A stretch of 64,000 nucleotides of DNA from Synergistales bacterium (GTDB lineage: Bacteria; Synergistota; Synergistia; Synergistales; JAFGMB01): assembly GCA_963666205.1 (NCBI GenBank), contig OY762654.1:2368001-2432000 (forward strand), in the 5' to 3' direction. The first letter of the stretch is position 1, and each line of letters begins with the position of its first letter. The notes beneath the pieces were generated by a model. The model had not been told where the DNA came from. It made no database searches and saw nothing but the letters and a program-made list of their open reading frames with translations. The translations under genes were made by a program, and so were the position numbers. This document shows positions 38,844 to 50,183 of the stretch, in pieces.

Positions 38844-40767
38844 TGGGAATACCTATGGTCGCCCCGAAATCCCAGTCCTCTTCGTCAGTATATACTGCGA
38901 AAACTGTTGCATTGAGGAAAGACCCGGGAATGTAAAGGCCGATACCTGTCTCCCATGGCTCCTCCAGAGTTTTAAAGCTGTCATCCAGCAGATATCCCTG
39001 GGTGAAGAAAATATCACCATTGATGGTACCCCACCAGCTCTCTGTGAGTACCTTTCGTAAGGTAGTTTTCCACCATGCTGTATTTTCTCCGGCAAGAGGG
39101 TGATCAGCAAGGGAATGAAGCTCTTCTCTTGCACCAAGGTAGGCCCGTGAATAGGGATTGCTCATATCTCCAGCGAAAAGGCCTCCTTCAAGGATGATCT
39201 TTGCCAGGGTTCCGCCTATCTGGGCAACGCCCTTGAACTCCATTCTTCCCATGAGGATATCCAGATCTCTCCAGTAAATATCTGTCCTGACATATATACC
39301 CCTGGTAGGATCCAGGGCGTCATCCAGAGTGTTGTAAATGATATAAGCTTTTGGTCCTATGTAGCTGTCTTCTCCCTGATCGCTGTCGAAATATTCAGAT
39401 GTAAGACCAATTCCAACCCTGAAGTGACCCAGAAGACTCCTTTCTGTGAAGTCCAGAGCGTATCTTTCCCACCTGGTGGCGGGAGCATTTGACGGATCAA
39501 ATTCCCTGTGACGGACAGTGAATGAATATTCTGATCTTTTCCGCCATGTCTCTCCAGCGTTCTGGTAGGCGAACTTCAGGCCCCATTCTCTTCCCAGAAT
39601 AAATTGTCTGAGAAGAATGTCACCATCCTCAAGAAAGTTTCTCGTTATCAGGTCAGCAAAAAGATAGTTCCGATCGTGGAAGGAAGAGTAATAACCTCCG
39701 AATATGGTTTCATGCTTGTGATCGTTCTGTGCTTCGTAATAGAGAAGATCCGGGATCCAGTCTTCAGGAGTTTCCCTTTTTTCTGTTATGATCTGCCTAT
39801 CCGGTATGGCCGGTGAATTCTGAGCAAGAGACCTTATTTCCCCAATCTGTTTCCTGGTCTGGCTTTCACCTGTGGCTATAATGGTTGCGAAGTCGGAAGT
39901 GCTCAGCATGGGGAGTCCCCCCACATCAGGTCTTATCAGGATGTCTGCTCTGTGACGGTCTATCTCAAGGTCCCGGGCTGTCATTATATTTATGCTCTGG
40001 TCAAGAACATCTACTATGGATCTTATCTGACCAGGTTCCTTGTTCTCTGAAGATATATCCACAGCTACTACAGGATAGCCCGGGAATATTTCTTTTGCTA
40101 TCCTCACGGGCAGATTTGCCACCAGCCCCCCATCTACGAGAAGGCGGTTTTCAATCTTCCATGGTTGGAAAAGACCAGGTATGGACATGGAAGCCCTCAT
40201 GGCTTCGGCAAGGCTGCCGGAACGGAGTAAAACCGGTCCACCCTGGTAAAGATCTGTGGCTACCGCAGCGAAGGGAATGGGAAGTCTGTTGAAGTCGCTG
40301 ATATTTATGCATGGAGAGGTTATCTCTTCAAGTTTCCTGAGCAGCTTGATCCCGCTCAGTCCACCCAGTGGACCAACAACTTCCCCTTTCTCGTTAAGAA
40401 AGACTCTGCCTATAGATATTGATTCGCCATAGTCTTCTACCCCGAGACGCGAAAGAGAAGGTTGGGTCCGGTCATAGAGAAGGCTTCTCATGTCGAGGTC
40501 CATTACTATTTCCTCTATCTCTGAAGGATTATAACCGCAGGCAGCCACTCCTCCGATTATAGATCCCATACTCGTTCCTACTATACCTGCTATGGGAATA
40601 TTCTCTTCAGCCAGGACCTTCAGTACTCCCACATGTGCAAAGCCCCTGGTGCCACCTCCTGAGAGGGCAAGAACAATTCCTCCAGCCATGCATAAAGAAG
40701 CAGAGTAGAAAAACACCAATATTGTCGCAAAAAGGATTTTAACCGTTTTTCTCATAATATCTCCCAT
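38818..40767 (-). CDS. Exported patatin-like phospholipase with C-terminal beta-strand-rich domain
   Basis: Signal peptide, LALSGGGTRGFAH, GTSMG, ASMSIPG, DGG; amphipathic beta-strand pattern in the C-terminal half. Confidence 0.85.
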   Translation of the reverse strand: MGDIMRKTVKILFATILVFFYSASLCMAGGIVLALSGGGTRGFAHVGVLKVLAEENIPIAGIVGTSMGSIIGGVAACGYNPSEIEEIVMDLDMRSLLYDRTQPSLSRLGVEDYGESISIGRVFLNEKGEVVGPLGGLSGIKLLRKLEEITSPCINISDFNRLPIPFAAVATDLYQGGPVLLRSGSLAEAMRASMSIPGLFQPWKIENRLLVDGGLVANLPVRIAKEIFPGYPVVAVDISSENKEPGQIRSIVDVLDQSINIMTARDLEIDRHRADILIRPDVGGLPMLSTSDFATIIATGESQTRKQIGEIRSLAQNSPAIPDRQIITEKRETPEDWIPDLLYYEAQNDHKHETIFGGYYSSFHDRNYLFADLITRNFLEDGDILLRQFILGREWGLKFAYQNAGETWRKRSEYSFTVRHREFDPSNAPATRWERYALDFTERSLLGHFRVGIGLTSEYFDSDQGEDSYIGPKAYIIYNTLDDALDPTRGIYVRTDIYWRDLDILMGRMEFKGVAQIGGTLAKIILEGGLFAGDMSNPYSRAYLGAREELHSLADHPLAGENTAWWKTTLRKVLTESWWGTINGDIFFTQGYLLDDSFKTLEEPWETGIGLYIPGSFLNATVFAVYTDEEDWDFGATIGIPIRNPSSSP

Positions 40768-40941
40768 CGGATCCCAAATTCTGAAATAAGGCCTCTGGAC
40801 AGTGTTCTGGGTGAATATTTCCAGTTTATATAGTGAATGATTAATTTGACAAAATTCAATAAAAGTATAGCAGATCAGAGAAGTGCAGTGAAAATAATCT
40901 GATTATCTGTCTCTATTTCCCAAATCAGCTTCTAAAAACGA

Positions 40942-40977
40942 AACCCCCTACTTTTTCAGAATATCCGGTAGGGGGTT
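40942..40977 (-). terminator. Probable gyrB terminator
   Basis: Inverted repeat AACCCCCTAC...GTAGGGGGTT about 55 nt after the gyrB stop. Confidence 0.6.
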
Positions 40978-41031
40978 AATATTGGTCAGTTTATTCCTTA
41001 TCCTGTATGAGATCTGTATATTGAGCTGATA

Positions 41032-43142
<2,111 letters not shown>

Positions 43143-43259
43143 GCCTTTTCACCTCCGGTAATTCTTGATACTGCAACCGATATATTATACCAAACTTTCG
43201 ATTATCACAGGTTTTTTCTTTTATCCAAACCTGATTAAGTACCCATTAGGGAGGTAAAA

Positions 43260-44159
43260 ATGTCGATCATAAGGAGATCTGCCATCAAGAGAAAGTTATA
43301 TAAACTGTTTTTGTACCTGAAGGGAGAGGTCCCTGTCCTTTTCAACGCAACCCTTGGAACGTCCCTCCAGGCTCTGGCTGTTGTCATGCTGATAATGCCG
43401 AATAAGTTTCCGGATCTTGGAGTCACGGGTATAGCGGTGCTTTCAAACTATGTATGGGGTATCTCTCCCATATGGATAATAGCAAGCGCTAATTTCCTGT
43501 TGCTTATGTGGGGATTGAGAACCCTGTCTCCAAGATTTGCTATCTGGACCATATACAATGTCGTACTCTTTACCGTTCTATTGAAGGTCTTCGAGTTCAT
43601 ACCGGTTCCGGCACTGGACGATCGATTCATGGTTGCGGTTATTGCGGGAGTTATGAAAGGCATAGGTTCGGGTCTTATTTACAGTTATGGTGTTTCAGGC
43701 GGAGGTACGGATGTTCCCGGCATGGTCCTGCGTAAGAGGTATGGGATCGAGATGGGGCAATTCAATATATACATCAATTTTGCGATTCTAGCCCTTTCCT
43801 TCTTTATAGTAGGTCTTGAAGCTGTCATTTATGGAATGGTGGCGGTCTATACAATGGGGATTGTTTCGGATAATACCCAGAGATCATTTAACAGAAGGCG
43901 CCAGGTATTCATAATAACAAGAAAGCCCCAGGAGGTTTCCCGCTATATCATAAAAGAACTTAACAGGGGAGTGACCCTTCTGGAAGGAAAGGGGGGCTAT
44001 ACAGGTCAGGAAAGGGCTGTCCTCATGGCTCTTCTTGCGCCAAAACAGACAGCTTTTCTGAAAAATTACCTTTCAGATCTTGATCCCCATGCCTTTATGT
44101 CCGTCAGTGATGCATCTGAGGTGTTAGGTAAGGGCTTTAAGGCATGGAAATCTCTGTGA
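43260..44159 (+). CDS. YitT family membrane protein
   Basis: GVTGIA, SGGGTD, RGVTLLEGKGGYTG, DPHAF. Confidence 0.9.
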   Translation: MSIIRRSAIKRKLYKLFLYLKGEVPVLFNATLGTSLQALAVVMLIMPNKFPDLGVTGIAVLSNYVWGISPIWIIASANFLLLMWGLRTLSPRFAIWTIYNVVLFTVLLKVFEFIPVPALDDRFMVAVIAGVMKGIGSGLIYSYGVSGGGTDVPGMVLRKRYGIEMGQFNIYINFAILALSFFIVGLEAVIYGMVAVYTMGIVSDNTQRSFNRRRQVFIITRKPQEVSRYIIKELNRGVTLLEGKGGYTGQERAVLMALLAPKQTAFLKNYLSDLDPHAFMSVSDASEVLGKGFKAWKSL

Positions 44160-44172
44160 GGATTTCTGAAAT

Positions 44173-44220
44173 TTATGGGAGGGGCTCTCTTAATCTCCGT
44201 AAGGGTGACCCCTCCCATAA
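44173..44220. terminator. Bidirectional terminator-like hairpin between convergent genes
   Basis: 12-bp stem TTATGGGAGGGG...CCCCTCCCATAA. Confidence 0.75.
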
Positions 44221-44223
44221 GAT

Positions 44224-45384
44224 CTATTTCCGGTTATAAAGATCTTTCATAAAGGATAAATAATCTTCCCTGTTCATGGGTCTGGGATTATCCTTGTTGC
44301 TGCCGTTCTTCGCAGAGTTGTCAGCCAGTTCCTCCATATCTCCCTCTTTTATTCCGAGGCTTCTGAAAGAAGGTAGTTCGACGTCCTCAGCCAGTTTCTT
44401 TACTGCTTCCACTGCCTTGAGAGCTCCCTCTTCTTCAGATCCAAAGCTTATCCCCATAGCCTTGGCAACCCGTGCGTATTTTTCCTGGCAGTAGTTCATA
44501 TTGTATTCCATCATAGGTGCCAGAACTACTGCATTGCAGACTCCGTGGGGGGAATCATATTTGGCTCCCAGGGCTTCAGCGATACAGTGAACCGCAGCTA
44601 CATCTGAATGACTGAAGGCAATACCAGCCATGGTGCTGCCTAGAAGCATTCCGGCCCTTGCTTCAAGGTCTTCCCCGTTGTCAAAGGCTCTCTTGAGATA
44701 TTTGGAGATCAGTTCTATGGCGTAAAGGGCAATTGCGTCCCCGATAGGTTCAGCATTTTTCGCAGTATAACCTTCAATAGCGTGAGTCAATGCATCCATT
44801 CCAGTCGATGCGGTGAGGGCTTTAGGCATTGAAAGGGTCAGTTGAGGGTCCAGAAGAGCTACTCGAGGTCCGATAAGCGGGCTTTTGATGGTAAATTTGA
44901 AATGTTCATTTGTATCCGTTATCACTGATCCGAAAGTGACCTCACTCCCTGTTCCGGCAGTTGTGGGAATGGCAATTATGGGTAGTACTTCTTTCCCGAT
45001 CCGGGACCGGTCCTGGTAGTATCTGGAGTTCTCTCCCTGGACCGCTACTACGCTTATAGCTTTTGCGCAGTCGATGGGACTGCCTCCTCCCACCGCAAGA
45101 ATGCAGTCAGAGCAGTCTTCCCGAGCTAGAGATGCACCCCTTTCAACGTTATAGTCCTTTGGATTAGGCTCCACCTCTGAGAATCTTGTCCAGTATATCC
45201 CTGATTCCCTGAGCTGTTTCTCAATTGGATCAAGTATGCCACTCTTCTCTATTCCCGGGTCCGTAACCAGCAGGATTCTTTCAGCTCCCATTTCTCTGAG
45301 ATAATGGACCAGTTTTTCTGAAACGCCGATCCCGTATTCCATCTTTGTGGGCAGTTCAAAATCAAAATTACTCAGTAATGCCAT
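44224..45384 (-). CDS. Iron-containing alcohol dehydrogenase
   Basis: VGGGSPIDCAK, IPTTAGTGSE, DALTHAIE, HCIAE, HGVCNA; ATG at 45384 follows a GGAGGT RBS. Confidence 0.93.
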   Translation of the reverse strand: MALLSNFDFELPTKMEYGIGVSEKLVHYLREMGAERILLVTDPGIEKSGILDPIEKQLRESGIYWTRFSEVEPNPKDYNVERGASLAREDCSDCILAVGGGSPIDCAKAISVVAVQGENSRYYQDRSRIGKEVLPIIAIPTTAGTGSEVTFGSVITDTNEHFKFTIKSPLIGPRVALLDPQLTLSMPKALTASTGMDALTHAIEGYTAKNAEPIGDAIALYAIELISKYLKRAFDNGEDLEARAGMLLGSTMAGIAFSHSDVAAVHCIAEALGAKYDSPHGVCNAVVLAPMMEYNMNYCQEKYARVAKAMGISFGSEEEGALKAVEAVKKLAEDVELPSFRSLGIKEGDMEELADNSAKNGSNKDNPRPMNREDYLSFMKDLYNRK

Positions 45385-45454
45385 CGATAAAACCTCCATT
45401 GAAAAAGGATATTGTGTGTTTCTGTTATGCTGGATCTGGTCCCTGGTCAATTTG

Positions 45455-46087
45455 TCATAGAGCCAGAACCAGTTTTTCTGCTTTCATAAATACAACACCG
45501 ATATTTTCCAGTTCCTTCTGTCCCCTGGGGTATATGTGGGATATGGCATCTTCTATGGCCACGATCCTGTAGTCCCTCTCACTGGCTTCATAGATTGAAG
45601 CCCTTGGACAGTTGGGGAAATTAAAACCACTGAAAGCAAGTGTATTAACTTTCATCTCCCTGAGAAGAGAAGAAAGGGGAGTCTGGTAAAAAGCTCCGAA
45701 ACGGGGTTTGTAAATAATGAATTCGTATGGCGATATCTTCTGGATACCTCCACCTAGAAGAACTTTTTCATCAAGCATGGTTTGAGATGAAGGCAGAAGT
45801 TCTTCTGCTATCTGAACCCCTTCTGAACCAGGGCGTAAAAGACCTGAGCCGCCTTCTATTGATGCTCTTCTGCACAGGTCTGCGTTACTCCCGTCTTCTT
45901 TATAGATCCTGACTATGTGTATAACGGGTTTATTGAGAATACGGAAAGTCCTCACTGCCTTTGAGATAGAAGGCAGTACATGAATCTTTTCGTCCCTTTC
46001 CTGTGAGTTTTCGGAAATAAAATCCCTTTGCACGTCTATGGTGATAAGGGATATGGACATAAAATCAGGTTCGGTGTATCCATTCAT
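45455..46087 (-). CDS. Isochorismatase-family cysteine hydrolase
   Basis: IDVQRDF, KPRFGAF, FPNCPRAS. Confidence 0.88.
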   Translation of the reverse strand: MNGYTEPDFMSISLITIDVQRDFISENSQERDEKIHVLPSISKAVRTFRILNKPVIHIVRIYKEDGSNADLCRRASIEGGSGLLRPGSEGVQIAEELLPSSQTMLDEKVLLGGGIQKISPYEFIIYKPRFGAFYQTPLSSLLREMKVNTLAFSGFNFPNCPRASIYEASERDYRIVAIEDAISHIYPRGQKELENIGVVFMKAEKLVLAL

Positions 46088-46506
46088 TTCATATCCCGCA
46101 GTTGTTCTGCCCTTTCTGTTGCTTTGTCCATCAGTGCTATCCTGTTTACCACGGCCCTCTCGAAGGTTCCCGTAAGGATTTCTCCGAGGGCGTCCCTGGC
46201 AGATATGTCAAAAAGTATCTTGTTCCCTTCTATTGAACGCAGAACAACTCTGAAGGTCACTCTTGTTCCAAGCAGGCTCGGCTCGTCATGGGTTATGGTG
46301 AGGGATCGGCCTATGGTAATAAAACCCTCGGGAAGATATTTGTCCGTTACCTTTGTTGATGCTTTGACAAAGGTTTCTACGCATGCCGAAGTGGAAAGAA
46401 GCTGGTTTAGATAGACAGACTGATTACCTACTGTATCGTCCATTTCAATAACCTTGTTGACCTCATAAGATTCCCCCGGTTTGAGTATTTCCTTGAGATC
46501 GAACAT
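46084..46506 (-). CDS. FlK-like hotdog-fold thioesterase homolog
   Basis: LLSTSAC, LPEGFITIG..LTITH, FDISARD..GEI..G..ERAVV; ATG at 46506 follows GGAGGG. Confidence 0.75.
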   Translation of the reverse strand: MFDLKEILKPGESYEVNKVIEMDDTVGNQSVYLNQLLSTSACVETFVKASTKVTDKYLPEGFITIGRSLTITHDEPSLLGTRVTFRVVLRSIEGNKILFDISARDALGEILTGTFERAVVNRIALMDKATERAEQLRDMK

Positions 46507-46601
46507 TATAAACCCTCCTTTAAAGATCAGCATGTAAATAACGATCTATATCTATGTTCTTATTTTACATTAAAGCAGTACATAATAAAATAATATCAGT
46601 G

Positions 46602-49600
46602 TTACATTGTGTCCCAATGAAGGGGGCATTTGTTTCTGAAGGGACAGGCGTTGCATTTTCCCAGTTCAGGTTCAAAAGGACCATTTGCGGCCTTTTGTGC
46701 GCTTCGTCGGATATCTTCCTCTATTTCTTCCATGCCTCCTCCGGGCATAGCGATCCTTTCAGTTTCGATCCCTTCCCGGAGGTGGATCAGTCTCAGGTCT
46801 ACAGGCAGATCCCTATCCCTCAAAGCGTGATATGCTGTCCAGCCGTAGAAGAGCAGCTGACTGGTATAAAGTTCCTCTGGAGCCTTTTCCTGGGCAGTTA
46901 TCTTGTAATCCCTGATATGAATTATATTGTCCTTTTCCCACATGAGATCCATGGCACCGGTGAGTAGGGGACCATGGTCCATCCTGATCCGAAAAGGCAG
47001 TTCCCGATTTAATACTCCCTGGCAGAGGAGGTCTTTTAAAGTTCTTCCTGTTTCGGATACTGAAAGGTCCCTCAGCCATTTTCGAAGGGTCTCCCTGCTG
47101 TCCGGCTTTTTCCACTCCGGCAGAATATAGACAGGTATCCCGGTTTCAACACTGTTGTGTCCCATTACTGTCAAAGGCAGGTAGTTTTCCAGCCCATCCT
47201 CTGACAGGTCCCATTTCTGGAGTATCCAATGGGCAAGGTTCCCCAGATCAGACCCTCCCGGACCATCTGCTCCAGGGAGTTCCCACTTGAGATCCCTTCC
47301 CTGACGGTGTCTCATCCTCCATGCCAGAGGGCAGAATTTAAAGAGACTGTAGGATGTGGCACTTAACCTGGCCAGATATTCCTTCCCCTTTACCGGTCCT
47401 TGCACAAAGGTTCTTTCTTTCTGTTCAGAAACTCTGATATTTTGTTTTTTAGCTGTTTTTACCCTGTCTGTGGCAAGGGGAAGATCCGGAAAGATCTTTT
47501 CCCATATCATTGACAGCCATGTACCATCTCGCGGTTCTGGCTTTTCTCCGTCCTTTGCTTCCAGGGTTGCGCAAAGGAACAGAGAATCCCTTGCCCTTGT
47601 GGCGGCGACGTAGAACAGGCGCTGCCATTCTTCCAGCTGTTCCTGTTTTTCCATCATTGCCGCGAGTACAGGAGAAGACGGGGTATCCTTGTTATCAGAT
47701 GCGATCCCATCGGGGTATCTGGAAGGAGTGACGCCAAGAATTGCCGATGGATCAAGACTGGTTCCGTGACTTCTTTTTCCAGGGAAATACTCCATTCCCA
47801 TTATTGCCAGAACGGGGAATTCGAGTCCCTTCGAAGCATGGACTGTCATTATCCTGACAACATCATCCTGTTCCCCTGTGAAGTCGGCATCTTCCATGGC
47901 TATACCTCTTCCCATGGATCCGCGAAGGTACTCGGAACATCCTCGCAGATCATTGCCCATAGCACTTTCATATTCCCTGCTGATATCTACGGCCTTCCGA
48001 AGATTCGCAGCTGCTTTCTTCCTTTTCCACGCGGGGAAAGCCTTAAGCGTATCAGCTCTTGAAAGTATAATGGAAAATACCCTTGAAACACCCTCCAGTG
48101 TGGCTATCCGTCTCCATCCTTCCATCTCCTGGAAAAGAGAGGAATTCACGTTCTGCAGGATCTCTGCGAGATCTTTTCCAGTATTTCTCTTCTCTTCAAG
48201 AAGCTTTCCAGTCTTCTCAAGGGAGAGACCTGAAAAGGGTGATGAAAGAAAGGATGTGAGGGCTGTCTGATCCCTTTTGTCAGCCAGATAATCGACCAGG
48301 GAAAGGAGGTCCTGAACCTCACTTCGGGAATAATAGCCCAGGCTGCTCTCAAAATAGCAGGGAATGGACAGGTCTTCTATGAAGGCTCTTTCAAGGGCAC
48401 TGTACTGGTTTCTTGTCGGCACGAGTATAGCCATATCCCTCCACTGGAGAGGTCTCAGCCCTTCTTCTTTTTTATCCCAGATAAGAGTGCCCTTTTCCCT
48501 TAGTTGCATTAATTCCCGCCCCAGCCTCCTGGCAAGATCAAGTCTCTTCTCCTCAGCAGGTGTTCTTTCTTTCCCTGATGTATAGAATTCAACAAGGACC
48601 TTGAGGGGAGGGGTCTGGATTTCCTGCCTTCTGCTGTGCCAATCCATGGTAACAGGGCTTTGAAGATGCTCATAAGGATGGATCAGGTCTCTTCCCAGGC
48701 CCTTTTCCCATATTTTGCCGAAGATAGAGTTTATACCCTCCAGAACTTTCCCGCTGCTACGGAAACTGACATCAAGGTTTATGTATTTTCCCTTTCCTTG
48801 TAGAGCTTTCTGTATATATTCCAGGAAAATGGAAGGTTCAGCATGCCGGAACCGGTAGATGGACTGTTTCAGATCGCCCACCAGGAACATGGCAGGAGAA
48901 CCCCTTTCCCAAATGGTCCTGAGAAGGATCTCCTGAAGTCTGTTGGTATCCTGAAATTCGTCAACAAGGACTTCCCGGAACCTCTCTGACATACTCCCGG
49001 CCTGAAGGGCTTCAATGGATCTGGAGATCATATCGTCGAAGGAGATCAGACTCTTCTTTCTCTTGTATTCTTCCCAGATCTGCCATAAAAGAGATGAAAC
49101 CTCCAGCAGTGTTTCTCTGGTCTGCCTGTCTCTTCCGTCAATGCCATGAACCAGGACTTCGCATAATCTGATATGTTCGGAGTATTGATTACGGAACTCT
49201 GATACTGAGCATTCCAGCTCCTGTGCTATTTCCGCTGCCGCTTTTCCGGAAGCGCCCTTCAGAGCTTCCATAAGATCGAGGAAAAACAGAGGCAGATCTT
49301 CCCTTTGTGGTTTTTCCTCTCCCCATTTTGAGTGAACACCCCTGAGTTTCTCTGCCAGTTTAGTCTTGCTTTCAAGGAGTATGGGCAGTCCAGGAATCAG
49401 TCCCCCGGAACCTGACCAGCGTTGCCATTCTTCTTCAAAAACAGTTGAGTATATCTCCCTGACTCTGGCCAGGGCTTCCTGGTCCCTCTTCTCCAGATCT
49501 TTGGAGAAAGACCAGAGGTCCCCGGGGTCTTGTCCTCGACTTGCCCATAGGGATAATATCCCCCTTGTCAGTCCGGTGATGCCCCTTGCTCCATAGCTGT

Positions 49601-50183
49601 TTACCAGGTCTGTCAGAAAGGGTTTATCGAATATCTGTTCCTCTCTGGATGTCCATATTCCTCTGACTCTTTTTTTAAACCAGCGGTTATCCAGAATGTC
49701 CAGTTGTTTTTCTACTTCCCGCCAGAGTTCTTCTTCCTCCGGGGTGCTCACTGGTCTTGATTCAGGGTCAAGTTCCAGGGACAGTCCCCCTTCCCTTATC
49801 ATCCTCAGGGAAAAGGAATGAAGGGTGGAAATAAAAGCTTCGTCCATTTCTTCCCGGGCTTCTTCAAGGAGAGGGGACAGTGATGGCACTAGAGAGGCCA
49901 CCTTTCCCAGGAGATCCCTTATCCTGTCTTTCATTTCCAGAGCGGCTTTTTCGGTAAAAGTAAGGGTCAGTATCTCCTTTACCCTTGCCTTTCCTGTGGC
50001 GATTGCCCATACAAAACGCCAGGCCAGGGTCCATGTTTTCCCAGTTCCTGCCCCCGCACTTACTACCACCAGAGGATCTTCAGCCATGATTGCTTCCCTC
50101 TGTCCAGGAAGGGTGGTCTTTTCCAGCAGGACTGTAAGTTCCTCTATGCCTGTAACTGTTTTTTCCCTGTCAGTCCCTATCAT
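46602..50183 (-). CDS. addA: AddA-like UvrD helicase-nuclease
   Basis: SAGAGTGKT, LTFTEKAA, TLHSF, VDEFQDTN, VGDLKQSIYRFR, MTVHASKGLEF, YVAATRAR and nuclease motif DYK; likely ATG at 50183. Confidence 0.9.
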   Translation of the reverse strand: MIGTDREKTVTGIEELTVLLEKTTLPGQREAIMAEDPLVVVSAGAGTGKTWTLAWRFVWAIATGKARVKEILTLTFTEKAALEMKDRIRDLLGKVASLVPSLSPLLEEAREEMDEAFISTLHSFSLRMIREGGLSLELDPESRPVSTPEEEELWREVEKQLDILDNRWFKKRVRGIWTSREEQIFDKPFLTDLVNSYGARGITGLTRGILSLWASRGQDPGDLWSFSKDLEKRDQEALARVREIYSTVFEEEWQRWSGSGGLIPGLPILLESKTKLAEKLRGVHSKWGEEKPQREDLPLFFLDLMEALKGASGKAAAEIAQELECSVSEFRNQYSEHIRLCEVLVHGIDGRDRQTRETLLEVSSLLWQIWEEYKRKKSLISFDDMISRSIEALQAGSMSERFREVLVDEFQDTNRLQEILLRTIWERGSPAMFLVGDLKQSIYRFRHAEPSIFLEYIQKALQGKGKYINLDVSFRSSGKVLEGINSIFGKIWEKGLGRDLIHPYEHLQSPVTMDWHSRRQEIQTPPLKVLVEFYTSGKERTPAEEKRLDLARRLGRELMQLREKGTLIWDKKEEGLRPLQWRDMAILVPTRNQYSALERAFIEDLSIPCYFESSLGYYSRSEVQDLLSLVDYLADKRDQTALTSFLSSPFSGLSLEKTGKLLEEKRNTGKDLAEILQNVNSSLFQEMEGWRRIATLEGVSRVFSIILSRADTLKAFPAWKRKKAAANLRKAVDISREYESAMGNDLRGCSEYLRGSMGRGIAMEDADFTGEQDDVVRIMTVHASKGLEFPVLAIMGMEYFPGKRSHGTSLDPSAILGVTPSRYPDGIASDNKDTPSSPVLAAMMEKQEQLEEWQRLFYVAATRARDSLFLCATLEAKDGEKPEPRDGTWLSMIWEKIFPDLPLATDRVKTAKKQNIRVSEQKERTFVQGPVKGKEYLARLSATSYSLFKFCPLAWRMRHRQGRDLKWELPGADGPGGSDLGNLAHWILQKWDLSEDGLENYLPLTVMGHNSVETGIPVYILPEWKKPDSRETLRKWLRDLSVSETGRTLKDLLCQGVLNRELPFRIRMDHGPLLTGAMDLMWEKDNIIHIRDYKITAQEKAPEELYTSQLLFYGWTAYHALRDRDLPVDLRLIHLREGIETERIAMPGGGMEEIEEDIRRSAQKAANGPFEPELGKCNACPFRNKCPLHWDTM

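Noticed and set aside
43143-43259. oriC/DnaA-box cluster upstream of remB-gyrB
   Set aside because: Only one near-match (TTATCCAAA at 43221) in a short gap, and no dnaA nearby.
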